Of a stretch of 64,000 nt of DNA, positions 34,244-48,200 are shown in pieces. Positions within the stretch are counted from its first letter, which is position 1; each line of letters begins with the position of its first letter. The position numbers were made by a program, and so were the translations under genes. Source of the stretch: Nemertoderma westbladi (lineage: Eukaryota; Animalia; Xenacoelomorpha); contig JAUCBJ010007135.1 of assembly GCA_032718475.1 (NCBI GenBank), positions 1 to 64,000 of the forward strand, read 5' to 3'. The notes under the pieces are model-generated. The model was given only the letters and a program-made list of their open reading frames with translations. It was not told where the DNA came from and made no database searches.

Positions 34244-35795
34244 CCCTATTAGTACCGGGCTATAAAATGCTGTACAAATACCGGGAGGGGGTCATATTGA
34301 CCCCCCCCTCTAAAATCTACAAATATTTACGAAAACGCCTGATTTTTTGTTTGTACGTAGGTATCACTTGTCTGGATCCGATCGAAAAAAAAAATTTTCG
34401 AAAAAATGTACTGGGGTGGTTATATTGCAGCACTAAAATTACAAGTAGTGCACAATTTTCACAAAATTTGAAAGTTACATTTTCGGCTAATTATTTTTCA
34501 ATACAGGTTTTCTGGGGTGCAAAATACATTGGAAAATATTTAAAAATGATATGATTACTATAAATGGCCGTTTAGTCCTCTCTGCGTAGGAAAAAAATGA
34601 AAAAAACAAGTAACCAGCACTTTTCAGGTAGAACACAAAATTTTTAATTCACTTATACGATGCTATAAATTCACATTTTCAGGTTTTCGAGGGCGCTGAT
34701 TCTAATGGAATACATTTCTAATATGCCAGATCATTGATACTTGTATTTTTCGGCGTAATTTGGCAAATTTTGGTGCTAGCACCAAATTTCGTACCCATCA
34801 CCAAAAAGTACAAGTTTGCGATGTCCAGTGCTGTTTTTATGGATTCCATCGGATTCAGGACCCTCATAAACCCGTATAACGCAAGAAACAAGGTGATACT
34901 ATCTACTGATAAATTTGCATATTTTCCAAAATTTGGTGCTGGCACAACAATTTTCACCCACTGGCGAAAAATACCAGTTTGAGAACTCTTATGAAATTTT
35001 TACTGATTCCATTGAATTCAGAACCATCACAAACCCGTATAACGCAAGAAACAAGGTGACACAATCAATTGATATATTTGATGGTTTTCAAAATTTGGTG
35101 CTAGCACCACATTTTGCACCCACATCCGAAAAATACAAGTTTTAGATGTCTAGTTCGATAATTATACATTCCATTGAATTCAGAACAGCCATAAACCTCT
35201 AAAATGCAAGAAATAAATTGTCACAAGCAATTTTATCTATCGAATGAATTTTCAAAATTTCGTGCTAGCACCAAAATTTGCACACAACACCGAAAAATAC
35301 AAGTTTGATACGCTTGGTGCAACTCGTATATATTTCATCGAATCCAGAACCCCAAAAAAACCCAATTGCGTAAAAAACAAGTTTCAAACAATCAATTTAC
35401 AAAATTGACATAATTCAAAATTTGGTGCTGGCACCAAAATTTGGCACCCACCGAAAAAAACAAGTTTGAAATTTCTAAATCAATTTATATGAATTCCATC
35501 AAATTTCTAACACCAAAAAACCGGTGTAAATCAAAAATAGCGATGTTACAATTCATATTTAATGAAATGTAATTTTCAAAAAACGTCTCAAAAAAAGTGC
35601 CAAAAGTAGGGTTAAAAAATGGTGCTATAACTCGAAAAGTACCCAATATTTTTGAAAACGGTTTTCACTACTAGGAAGACAATAGATTTTTAGGAAAAGT
35701 CATAAAATTTCAGATTCCCAACTGCGTTTGTTTCAGAATTATAATAAAAAAACCACGGGGGGGGTCATATTGACCCCCCCCCGGGTTTAATAGGG
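34244..35795 (+). mobile_element. Non-autonomous piggyBac-type element, copy 2
   Basis: Near-identical direct copy of 30972-32531 with its own TTAA flanks. Confidence 0.9.
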
Positions 35796-36609
35796 TTAAG
35801 TGAAAATATCAAGTATTTCTTTACGTCCTATTCTTATGCTTTGTTTCACCTAAATAACAGCTAAAAAGTGAGAATCACCTCATCCTTCAGAACCTCAAAG
35901 CGGGAATTAAGACGAAATCTCATACGGTTACTATAGATTATGGACGGGGAAGCCAATACTTCAAGCCCTTGTCATACTTATATCATATCATTCAGGCTTG
36001 CTTACCTGAGTGACCATGGCCTATTTGTTGCAGTTTAACTTAACGCGGCTATTCAGCCATTGCCTTCAACTAATTTTCAATGTTCTTATTGGTTGTACAG
36101 TACCGTAGTCGTAGAAGCATTTTATTATTAATTGAATGCTGGTCGTTGGGTAGGCTATTATTCAAAGACTTGGGGTCATTCCTCCCTCCAGACGTATAAT
36201 TACTTTGTATTGCGATGTCAATAACAATATTCTTGTGTCTCCATATTAATATCATATTATTTCAACCAACCGGCTTTGTATTATATTCATTTGGTATGGT
36301 TTAACCTTGACTTTCTAGTTAAGTTATTATTATTATTTAGTGTTTAGTTTTGTATTCCAGTATTATTATAGTTTGTTTATTCATAGGCCTAAATATTATA
36401 TGCTTTATTATAGAGAAGTCACATTATCCATAATTAATGGCTGTTCGCAATCGAATATATTAAAGTGTTTTGGGACCAGGGACGATTACAAGAAAGGTAA
36501 TTTATTTATTATAATCCCGTATATAATTACTACGTAGCTAGACTTACTATAAGAAGGCTTAACTTATTAATTAACTTATTATTTAAATTCATTTACTCAG
36601 GTTTAATCA

Positions 36610-37275
36610 AGAGGAACCGCGGCCGGCCGTTCAAGAAACCCACAGAGAAAGTTCTAACCAAGGTATTATTATATTACAATAAGAATAATTCACATTATAA
36701 TTTCTTCTTGGGGGAAGAAATTTGTCAACTTTTGCAAAAAGTTTTTGTACGAATTCTGGAACTGTTGGGGTATCTTTATGTGATTCTGGCTCAAAAAATT
36801 GTCCAGGAAGTAACAATTCAGTTCCGTATAAAAGCTGAGCTGGTGAATTACCGTGAATTCCTACGGCCGACCTTAAACCTAAATGGACAAGTGGCAGTTC
36901 GTTATACCATGAAGAATTATTGCACTTCGCTCGCAATGAAGCTTTTTATGAGCGATGCCATCTCTCTACGAGACCGTTGCACGCTGATGCAGTAGTTCTC
37001 AACCTATCAATTCCTAATTCTCGAATAAGCGCACTGAATAGTCGAGACTCGAATTGTGAACCACGATCAGTTATTATTTTTCATGGAACGCCGTATCATC
37101 GACTAACCCATGATGTCAGAAAAGCGTTTGCAATACTATCTGTTGTAATATCACGTAGTGGCGCAACCTCTGGCCACCTAGTATATCTATCTATGGCTGT
37201 AAATAAGTATTTGTATCCACACGCTGAAGGGAGAGGACCTACAATGTCTATATGTACGGTATCAAGTCTAGAGTA
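36610..37275 (-). mobile_element. Gypsy integrase fragment
   Basis: HIDIVGPLP, IDRYTRWPE, TDRGSQFES, ELPLVHLGLRS, SPAQLLYGTELLLPGQFF. Confidence 0.85.
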
Positions 37276-37439
37276 AGTTGGTATAGATTATATACCCGTT
37301 ATAGTCATCCCGTTATATATCGATTATCCCATTATAGTCATTTATATAAGGTATTTTTCCAGTGTTAATTATATTGTAATATAATTAAGGATTAAAGCAA
37401 TATACACTTTTATTGACTCTTACAGTTTTCATTTGTAAA

Positions 37440-38370
37440 TAGCCGAAGCAGCTCGTGAAAGTTATTTTGCAGATAAAGAACTATCGGCTGATAAATAATT
37501 ATGTATGGGTCATGGTATCTTTGTGTCTGCTGACATGGAAAAGGTAATTATGTAATTTAATTTGTAAATTATAAATTTGCGAAGCATTTGTTTTTTTCAA
37601 TGAAACATTTGCAGCATTAGGGAAATTCCATAAAAGAAACCGATGTTTGAACAAGGCTATGTTGTGGCATGAAGATATTAGTGGGCTATTGGCTCGAAAT
37701 GTTGCCAGTGCATTTTGGGTATTTATATTGGCAAACGGGATGAGAAGATGTTTACAATATGGCTTGATTATAATTGTTCTTAACAAAATAAAAACTGGAC
37801 CCTATTTACCATGTTTCTGATTGCAGTGAATTGTTCTGAAGTATCCGCTGAGAAAATAACCCTAAAATACTTCGAGCCTTGGCACACATTCATGTCTGCA
37901 GATTCGCTAAATGCAGGCTTAAAAAGCAGTGTTTCGTCAGTAGAGAAATATTTTTGATTGGTGTGACTATAAATCAGCAATAAAGGAGTCGAATGGCGAA
38001 GTCTAGACACTATAAGCATTGACCCCACATGATTCTTTGATTGGCCAGATGGGGCATCAAAGTATAAACTTGACAAAACGACCAAGGGTGTTCGCCCTTG
38101 TTTGTCTGATATGGTGATGATCCTAATAATACCTAAATAATAATATATGTCTATCGCGCCTATACGCATTGTTCTATGCGCATACAGAGCGGAAGTTGTT
38201 AGTTAATGCTGTGAAGATGAATATCGATTTACACAAGGTCCCTGCTTCTCAATGTTTGCCTCGAGGCATTACCATCAAAAGGAAAGCTGATTTAGTTTTA
38301 AAAAATGTAGTTTTTACGTGTTACCATTGCTGCCCAAAAATCTCTGACAATTCTGGAGGCATATTCTCAT
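37440..38370 (+). pseudogene. Sola-like DDD transposase remnant
   Basis: Plus-strand pieces SADMEKVI, FNETFA, LWHE, QNKNWTLF, KYFEPWHTFMSADS, PRGI, broken by frameshifts. Confidence 0.6.
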
Positions 38371-38790
38371 GTCAATGATAACTCTGCTGATCTCATGGAT
38401 AACTATTAGTTTGTTTGCAATTAATTTTTGATATAAATTCATACTCTTATAATATCTCGCCATTCTGTCAATATTGTCATAGACAGACTGTTTAAAATAC
38501 AACTTTTGTTATTATTTTAATACAATTTAGTTTCATTTATTGAGCTATATTAATTGAGTTACACTTAAACCTATTAATTTGTTACATTTCCTAACTGAAA
38601 AACAGGTATCTCAATAATATATTTATATCCTTGTTTTTTGTACTTTTAATTGAAATATCATAATCTGAATTATTTGAAAGTTTACATTTAACTTATTTTA
38701 CTACCCAGAGAACAATCAGTCCAATGAGACTGCATTTGTTGCATGTGCCTGGAAAGACATTACTGTGAGACGAGTTGTTTCAGTTAGAAG

Positions 38791-39470
38791 ATGGTGGATT
38801 GGGATTGTTGGTGGGATCTTGGTAGTGTTGTTAGTGGGAGCAACGACAGTAACTTCATTTTATTTACTTCAAGGGATAAAGCAGATTACAAGTCAAAATA
38901 TTCATGGAAAATGGCAATCATGGCAAATGTCATGGAAAATGTTGGGAAATTGGATAAGACTGTTGCTGATCTAAAGGAAAAAAATAAGGATTTAGGTTAT
39001 TTTGTTGCAGCTTCATCCAGTGGTTGTTTTAAAAACCGAAGTAGATTATATCGCCTTCTTCAGCCATATAGTAATGTGGTAGACGGCGACAACACAGTCC
39101 CTGGAGGTCCGTGGATTGGATAGTCATACATAGGCAGGTAAACGGGTCATAAGACTTTCATCATGTGTGGAGGACCAGTTATGTAACAGCCTTGGATACT
39201 GTTGAGAGGGAGTTTTTTCTTGGTTTGGAAAATATTTACAAACTTACCAAAGCCAGAGTCAAACTGAGGATCGTTCTTTGGTACCAAGACCAATGCTGAG
39301 TATAATTACTTCAATGGGTGACTCTACTGATAACTATATGCTACATATTACTGAGTATAGTGGTACGTACAGCTGGTGACTCCATACTTTGGGGGAATCC
39401 CGGTGGGGATGCCTACCTCAATGGACAACCTTTCACTGCTAAAGATCACAATAACAATGCAACATGAGAG
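38791..39470 (+). pseudogene. Fibrinogen-related domain (FReD) pseudogene
   Basis: Fragments FFLGLENIYKLT, LRIVL, AEY, AGDSI, LNGQPFTAKDHNN in shifting frames. Confidence 0.7.
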
Positions 39471-40099
39471 TGCAGTACCAATGCATATAGTAGAAATGAG
39501 GATCAGAGTTTACTGAATCTTCTATTGTTTACTTTTAACTATATATTTTGGTTTGTTTATATTTATTTGATTGTAACTTATATTTATTTTCATTATGACT
39601 TAGTTCTTATTTAATATCAGTTAATGGGTAGAAAATTTCCGGATGACATTTTTTCACTATGTAGATCATTAAACATACCAATATTATAAATAATAATTAT
39701 TAGTAATTAGTTATTAATAAATATCATGATAAATAACTTTAATGTTTACTAATTCAGACAAACTGCCATTGAAAACTTTTCAAACTTCGAATGATTTGTT
39801 CTATAGTTCAAATTAACATATTTTTACACCATTATTTTTATGTTTTGAAACAATACTACATAACTCCTACAGCCTTCTTTGATTATTAACTACCATGATC
39901 TACTTTATTATATTTATTAACCTGAAACGGTACAAGACAGGGCTGGTTCAACCCCTGATAACATCCTTCCTAATTATTCCCACTTCTGACCAGATGCCTT
40001 ATTACATTATGTATATATTACTCTTCTCCTCCAGTTACAGACTAGTGAAGGTGGGTGACGTTTCCTTAGAAAATTATGACAATAGTTTGGGGTGGGCAT

Positions 40100-40665
40100 A
40101 ATTGTGCAGTATGCTATGATGTAATACTATGCAGTATGGATAGTAGGATATCGTCTTGTTTCGTACATACAGTAAAATTAAATCTGCAACAAGAGGAAAT
40201 GTCGGGTTAAATATGGTTTCTACAATATCCATCCACATATCCGAACATTGAACTGCTACAGGCTGTCCCATGGGGAGACCGTATCTTTGCAAGTAAAAAG
40301 TTTTATTGTATTTGAAATATGTACTGAGAAGTGTTGTAGATATAATTTGTATTATTAGATTTATAGGCACTTTTTTAAATATGTTATCACACTTGCGCCA
40401 TTGGTCTTCAGTTAGGATCAAATTGTCCTGAATTACACTTATAGGTTTGTTGATATTTATATTTGTATATAAAGAAGCAGCATCTAATGAGGCAAGTGAT
40501 TATTTGTTTCTTCTTTCAGATTTGTAATTAGGTCCTATGGTTTGGGGATTTTAGACTTAATTTCCCGAACCATTTGTTTCAACAGTTGCTTTGCTTTGCC
40601 TTGCTACAGTTATAGTTGATAGTACCCACCATGGGTACTATTAGTTGAAGTGGGAAACCTGGTTG
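40100..40665 (-). mobile_element. Penelope-like element RT fragment
   Basis: ASLDAASLYTNI and YFKYNKTFYLQRYGLPMGQP. Confidence 0.8.
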
Positions 40666-40759
40666 AAAAGGGTTCAGAAATATTGCAAAAATCTAATTTT
40701 TTGTAATTCTAGTCATCCTACTGTCTCGTTTATCTTTGGAATATGTTAACATTGGATGT

Positions 40760-41972
40760 AAACTCAATGAAAAGTATATGGAGTTTGCGGTACGGGCCAC
40801 GACCACTCACCCTATTCAACCGTCTGACAACAAACCACAAGCAACTGGCACACTGAAAATTCTATCAAATATATACTTAACTGTAAAAAAAAAACGAGAA
40901 TGATACCCCCCAACGTTTCTTCCAAAAATAAGTTCAATCTGTGCACCTCACCTCATTGATAAGTTAAAAGGGGAGTTCAGTTTAAGTATACTATACCTTA
41001 CATAATACTATAACTTAATAATCTGTTTACCAAGAAGAACAACCTGAACCACTCCATAACAAGTCTCACTAAACAAATATCAACGATTGTCGACCCATCC
41101 GATGACCACATGATACAGAATCTACTGAAGTCTGGTCATGATAGAGAATATAGTAAGGTACACGACAAATATATGAGAAAATTCGAAACTCTGAAAACAC
41201 AAGAAATATACGAGAAAGAATTACGGGTAGATACAACTTTCTGGAATTCTCTAATTGTTAATACCACATCTACCGAATTTTCCAACTTGGATATGGATAT
41301 ATTGGTGCATGGTCTGAAATTTATCCTCGCACCCAGAAAGTTCCTGCTCGTTCAATTTATAACGAGCATACAACAAGCATTCACTCGAGCCCCACTCGCG
41401 ATTAAAAAGGATGAAGATCGAATTATAAATAACATTCTATAAGATTAAAACAAAACATGAACAGGCGATTCGACAATCTATTGTATAGCCACCAATGGGC
41501 AATATTTACTTTAAAGAATAAACTCAAAGAAAACGTCTTAATTATCGTACAGGCGGATAAGGGAAATAAAACCATTGTATAATTATCGTACAGGCGGATA
41601 AGGGAAATAAAACCGTTGTAATCAGCCAAACAGAATACCACAAGAAAATGATGGATCACCTCGATCGCTAGAACTACATACAAACTCGAAAGGAAAAACT
41701 ATAACCCATCGACTATTATACACAGTAAACTTCATCCTATAATTACAGATTTGAAGAACTCAGATCTAACATCTAAAGGTAATGCGCTATATTTACTGCC
41801 GGGAGTTGATAGCACAACTGTAGCTATCCCTTACGGTAAAGTTAAAGTTCATAAACCAGGTTTCCCACCTCGACTAATAGTACCCATGGTTGGTACTATC
41901 ATCTATAACTGTGGCAAGACAAGATCAACTGTTGAAACCAATGGTTCGGAAAATTAAGTCTAAAATCCCCAA
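40760..41972 (+). mobile_element. Penelope-like element N-terminal/RT fragment
   Basis: LVHGLKF, ADKGNKTVV (locally duplicated), YGKVKVHKPGFPPRLIV. Confidence 0.8.
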
Positions 41973-41999
41973 GTAAGGGATCATAAATATTGCAAAAAA

Positions 42000-42580
42000 A
42001 AGAAAGTGTCAAATTTTTTTTGAATTGTTATTGAATCTGATGATAATGAGTTGTTGATGTCATTAAGAAGGCTGATTTATTAACTTTTGAGTAAACATAA
42101 ACGGTAGATAATTTAGGTTTATTAAATATGCAATCAAATTTTTGTAATATAATGAACAGCTTGGTGATCAGAATTGCCAATTTTAGAAAGGAAAGTTCCA
42201 GCAGTTGATAATGATGAGGTTATGTTTGTAATAATGTGGTCTAAAAGAGATTAAGATTTTGTAACTGCATCTATACGAGTGGGATGTTTATTTAACTGGG
42301 TGTAGCCATAAGAACCTAGAAGATCTATGTATTTCTATTCTATGTTTTACCTATGTATTCTATGTGAACTGAATTTTTTGTGGGTTTAAGCAAATTTATG
42401 TTTATGTTACCCGTTAAAACGGCATCGAGATTTAGAGAAGTTAATTTGTTTAAAGTAGAATCAAGTAGTATATAATTGTTATGGGAAATAGGGTCAGTCC
42501 TGTATATCGTACCTATTATTAAAGATTTATGTTTGGTGCAAGAAATTCGTGTCCAATCAGAAGTCCCCCTATATGGTGAC
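42000..42580 (-). mobile_element. CR1/L2-type LINE AP-endonuclease fragment
   Basis: IIGTIYR.DP, TGNININLL, PTRI, LLDHI, SDH. Confidence 0.7.
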
Positions 42581-43649
42581 AACATCCAGACCATAAGAGG
42601 TGTTAGTTAATCCTTCCCTGAATAGAGATGTAAGCAGCTGATAAATGACCAGTATTTAAAGTTCTTGTATCAAATGTCGTATTGACAATATTATCAACAG
42701 ATTTCCTTTTCTAGGAAGATGGAGATGTCAGATGTCAAGAAGATGTAAGACCAGCAATTATATCACCAGAACACTGATCAGAACCAGGTTTGTAACTTGG
42801 TACTCCAAGCCCAAGGAACTTCAAATTGGTAGAGTCAACAATGGGCACAGTTACTCTATCTTCGGATTGGTATTTATTTAATAATGTTCCCAGTAGCTTA
42901 CTATCCCACTGAAGGGAGCATAGTTCTGGAGGTGTCCATGGTTCATGATATACATTACCTAGTTCTTTAACAATTGAACGATGTGCTCTATCTGCTACTG
43001 AATATGAAGTGGAAACACTTCCTATATCTCCTCCAGATTCTTGAATGGTGTGAAGGCTGCTTGTTGTTGCATTGGGGTAATCTTCAGTCCTGTTGCTAAA
43101 AACACAACATTTAGTCTTTGCAGTATGTTGCTAGGAGTAACAACTGATGCACCTGTTTTTGGTCTTTTTTGTTCTTTTGTGGTTTTGATAGATTAAGGCT
43201 GTATGGATCCATTATGAGTCTGATATAAGACCACCTTTCGTTGGAACAAGAATGATTCTAAGAATGGAATTATAGAATTATTGGGCTCGGTGCTCTTGAT
43301 TATCAAGTAAATGTAAAAGAAAGCCGATAATAAATCCGATTCAGAAAGTATGTACATATTATGTAGATAGGATCCACAAACTGATAGTACAAGCATCAAC
43401 GCTGCTTGTTTAGAAGATTAAGGGTATAATAATATATTTGGAGATACTGACATGTTGAACTTGAAGAAAGAATATCTTCCGCCATTGAAGGAATTTGTGG
43501 CCTCTGTTTTCGAAACTCTATAGTGTCAGAATACTCACCATCATCGTCACTGTCCATATGAGGAAACATTGTTGCCATCACATAACGATGAAGCTGATGA
43601 GGGATCATCTTCGTCATTATGTGATGGCACCAATGTTTCATCCATTGTT

Positions 43650-45735
43650 ATTTTTATTTTTTTATTTTTTTTTTTTTTTCGATTCACCCCGTTCGGGGTA
43701 ATTTAATTGGCTAAAACTGTTCATATAGTAAACATGTATATACAGTGTACAGTTATACACGATAAAATATAGAGTTTAGAGATACGGTAAGTAACATTAA
43801 ATAATTAAAACGGTACTATGTGGTTTAATGACACAGAATGGTTGTTATATTAAAATGTTTACAATGCATAGTTGTTTGCTAGTGCGTTGAGAGAGGGACA
43901 GTCCTTGCATGTTAATGCATGATGTAGTTGTATATCTTCTTCATCGCAGTAGATACAGCGGCAATCAGTGCTAATTTCATGGAAAGGATGTTTATTGGAA
44001 CAGATTTTATAATGGAATCCATGGAATGTAGCTCTTGTCACAGCATGTTGGTTGGTTTGTCCAGGCTGTCTCCAAGTTTCTGATGCGAAGGCAGGTCCAC
44101 GTTTATAATTCATGGATTCAAATATTGTTTCCATTTCAACACGGCAAGCTTTGTATTGTTCAATAATATCTGCCTTGAACATTAAGGGTCTTTTCGTTAT
44201 TAGATCTTCTATAAAGGTTGGAGTGCCTATAAGTTTCAAAGCCATTGTATTGGACGCATTTTTTGGCAATCCTAGAAGACGTTTCATAAAAGCTGCTTTT
44301 ATTCTATCTATGTCTTTGAGGTTGGATAGTGTAAAATATATGCCAATCTCAGAAAATGCATAGGTGACCAATGGTCACCTATGCATTTTCTGACCATCGG
44401 TTCTATTTTCATTCTAAATATTTTTACCCCTGTGGCTATTGATATTAGCTGCAGGTTCCTCAAGCAGCCAATTGCGGCATAAGATATCCTCTTCTTCGTA
44501 TCTATATGTTTAGAGAAACAAAGTGTTGGCTGCAAGATAACTCCCAAATATTTATAATGGTTACAAAATTCCACATTCTCATTATTGTATATTACTTTAT
44601 CTGTTCTGCGTAATGGGCCTCCCCTTCTAAATTTCAAAATTTTGGTTTTCTTTAAATTTACAGCCATTTTGTTTAATTTGCACCATTTGTGGAGCTCGTG
44701 TAGCGCTGTTTGAATGTGTTCTCGATTTGATGAATAGATTACTAAATCATCTGCGAAAAATATAAACCTGAGAGTATCAGCAATGAGACGTAATGTCGAG
44801 GCAAGATCTGCGCTGAACATCAAAAAACATGTTGGAGAAAAACAGTCTCCTTGGAGTATTCCTCGTAACTGCTCTATTGGGTTTGAGAGTTTTATGCCAT
44901 CGTAAATTTTTACTGTGTTCCGAAATATGTCCCTGATAAGATTATACACTTTACCCTTTACGCCAAATATAGTGTAGAGCTTGTACATTAGGATTGATCG
45001 ATTTACAAGATCAAATCCTTCCGTAGGTCTACGAATGCTGCATAAACTACTCTCTGAGATGATGGGCGGCTGGCATTGTTGATGATAGTGGATACGTCGT
45101 CAATGAGCTTTTTAAGGGCATGCAACGTAGATTTACCACACGTAAAGCCATACTGCTCTTCCGGTAATAGGTGAACAATGTGCTTTCTAACTCTCTGGTT
45201 TATAATAGTGGTCAGCATTTTAAGCATGACACAGATTAAAGCTATCCCACGGTAATTGCCCGGTAGTGATTTATTTCCCGTCCCTTTATACATTATCTTG
45301 ATTAAACTCGTTTTCCATTGGAGTGGTATTTTGCCAATGTCTAAACACATGTTGTATAAACATACTAGTGTTGTTAAGATCACAGATGCGCTTATTTTAA
45401 TATGCTCATTAAAAACGCGATCAGGTCCACATGCCTTTTTATCAGAAGATTTCCCTATTGAAGCCGACACCTCATCCTCCGTTATGGGTGAGTTGTACCA
45501 TTGGTCGTCTGCCAGTTCATGAACGGTTGGCATTGGTGTTACGACGTCTGTATCATCACATTTCCCCAGTAATTGCGTGAAATGATTTTCCAGTTCTTCT
45601 GTTGGGATTGGTGCCGGTGGCTGTGGTGTATAGTCTTTAAACAATAGCCATGGCGTAATCTCAGTGTTGCGTAATTTCTCTAGAAGTTGGTCTTCCTCGT
45701 ACAAGGCTTTCTTTTTGTGGATTAGTGACTTGTAA
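43650..45735 (-). mobile_element. 5'-truncated CR1/L2-group LINE with poly(A) tail
   Basis: KACGPD, NYRGIAL, QYGF..GKST, GILQGDCFSP, FFADD, YKYLGV, C-terminal CIYC..H..C. 3' hairpin accccgaacggggt then an A-rich tail. Confidence 0.88.
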
Positions 45736-45902
45736 TCTAACGATTAATCTAACGATTATCTAACGTGTTTACCTAACGAACTTCGCAATATACGAGGGAA
45801 GCGTCTGTTTGTAAATAAGTTAAAAGCTCATCTACTTAATTCAGATGGCCTATCTGCTTCGTAGTCACATATTTTTTACGTTTCTCCTAATAATATATAT
45901 TA

Positions 45903-46612
45903 TGTTACATACGGCCTACTGTAACTTATCCATTTGTAACTCATCCATCTCTACCCGGACACGGGGAAATGTTACATAAGGCCTACTGTAACTTATCTAT
46001 CACTACCCGGACACGGGGTCATGTTACATAAGGCCTACTGTAACTTATCCATCACTACCCGGTCACGGGGTCATGTTACATACGGCCTACTGTAATTTAT
46101 CCATTTGTAATTCATCCATAACTACCCGGACACGGGGTCATGTTACATACGGCCTACTGTAACTTATCCATCACTACCCGGACACGGGGTCATGCTACAT
46201 AAGGCCTACTGTGACTTATCCATATCCATTTGTAACTAATCCATCTCTACCCGGACATGGGGTCATGTTACATACGGCCTACTGTAACTTATCCATTTGT
46301 AACTCATCCATCTCTACCCGGACACGGGGAAATGTTACATAGGGCCTACTGTGGCTTATCAATCACTACCCGGACACGGGGTCATGTTACATAAGGCCTA
46401 CTGTAACTTATCCATCACTACCCGGACACGGGGTCATGTTACATACGGCCTACGGTAACTTATCCATTTGTAATTCATCCATAACTACCCGGACACAGGG
46501 TCATGTTACTTAAGGCATACTATATTTTATCAATTTGCTACATATCCTTATCCATCACTACCCGGGCACGGGGTCATGTTACATAGGGCCTACTGTGACT
46601 TATCCGTTACTA
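45903..46612. repeat. Minisatellite, about 12 units of ~53 or ~68 bp
   Basis: tgttacata(c/a)ggcctactgtaacttatccat[ttgtaactcatccat]cactacccggacacggggtca repeated. Confidence 0.92.
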
Positions 46613-47371
46613 TCTGTGTGCGGTGTCAAGTAACAAATTACGTTTAATTGGTTTTTTTTTTGTGAATAAAGAGTTTCGGTATTAAATCGCTCAATTGTGT
46701 ACAAATTTTTTAATTGAAAGTGATATTTGGTTGTTTGTTTTATATTTTGTTCCATTTTCATTGGGATACTATTCATTTACTTTAAAATCAAACTATGATT
46801 CATATGTGTATATGACTATTATACGTATTGTATATAATTTTTTATATTTTAAGGGGTACAGCACCTACTAGCAAATTGTGCTATCTTGCTGGCCCCGCCA
46901 TTGAGTAGGACTGCCCACTGTCTCTTTTTTATATCCTTTTTTGGGTGTTATTTTGGTTTATTTAGTGGTGCAGGGTATGTTTATCGACAATTATTAAATA
47001 AAATAAAACAATAAGTCAATAAGTCAACACGACAAGTACTGCAGACATGACATTAACTTAGTCACAAAAGCTAATTTTGAATTTCCCTCCAGTATATTTG
47101 CATAAAATTTAATGCTATGGCCTTTGGTTTAATGTAAGATACACTGGAACTAATAATAATGCTAACACATATAATTGCAATTAGAAAAGTGAATCAATGT
47201 TACTCAAGTAAAATTGTCAGTTCATGTATTAATGAACCAAAACCATTAATTTCTTTGTACTGATACTTATCAATTGCATTACGTTTTTCCACGAGCTAAT
47301 CTAATCAGACTCGCATTTTACCGCAGGAATATGTTGGTTGGAGTTTCTAGTTCGCCTATATTTCATTTTTC

Positions 47372-48200
47372 TCACTCAGGGCACAGTGCTATCTCAGACT
47401 GGTAGTGAGTGGGGATAAAAATACTACATGCTATATCCCCAGGAAATTTGTGCGGCAAACTTAAAATCCCCAGATAATGGAGAATTTGACATCGCATCAG
47501 GCAGGTAATGGTATAATTTTTTTTGGGAAAAAATTTTGTCATGAGATCTAAAACACCAATAGACAATATTTTGTTACTACCCATTAAGAAAATGATGACA
47601 TCAATACACCCTTGTATTAAATAGTGTGTATTGATAGGTATATGGTAGATGTAACATCTACCATATACCTATCAATACACACTATTTAATCCTATTTAAT
47701 CAATAATTTACACATGTGTTCATCAACACTTTGTATTGGGGTATCAGCTTTCACATTACGGAAGGCCTAATTTAAATGATTAAGTACAGGACGAATCTTA
47801 TACCCCCAATCCAACAACTTCCCATCAGTGTGTTTTGGTTCCTTCTCATTGTCTGCAAAATGTAAATTTTACAGTATTTCCTGAAACCGACTTCTAGGCA
47901 TAACATCCTGAATTCCTCTATTGCCCAAAAACTTATCTGTTGACTACTAATCGCTAAGACCGGGCAACTTTTTTTATAACCATTACATAATTAATTCCAA
48001 TAAATCAAATGCCTTCATCTCATCAACACCACATGTAAATGGCACTGCTTTCTGTATTACATATCTTTCAGACACAGTGATAATCAGAAAAGTAAACCAC
48101 CCCATCCAATTCCACAGCCTTGGAATATACAAGCAAAATGGATTGTTCCAGAGAATCTGAGCAATCAGAATCTGTCTCAGATTCTGAACTTGACATGTCA
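47372..48200 (-). pseudogene. piggyBac transposase remnant, copy 2
   Basis: Same motifs as 45-527, plus a GVLDLMTKFF segment further downstream. Confidence 0.65.
47616..47690. repeat. Perfect 75-bp palindrome (37-bp arms, 1-nt centre)
   Basis: attaaatagtgtgtattgataggtatatggtagatgt-a-acatctaccatatacctatcaatacacactatttaat. Confidence 0.95.
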
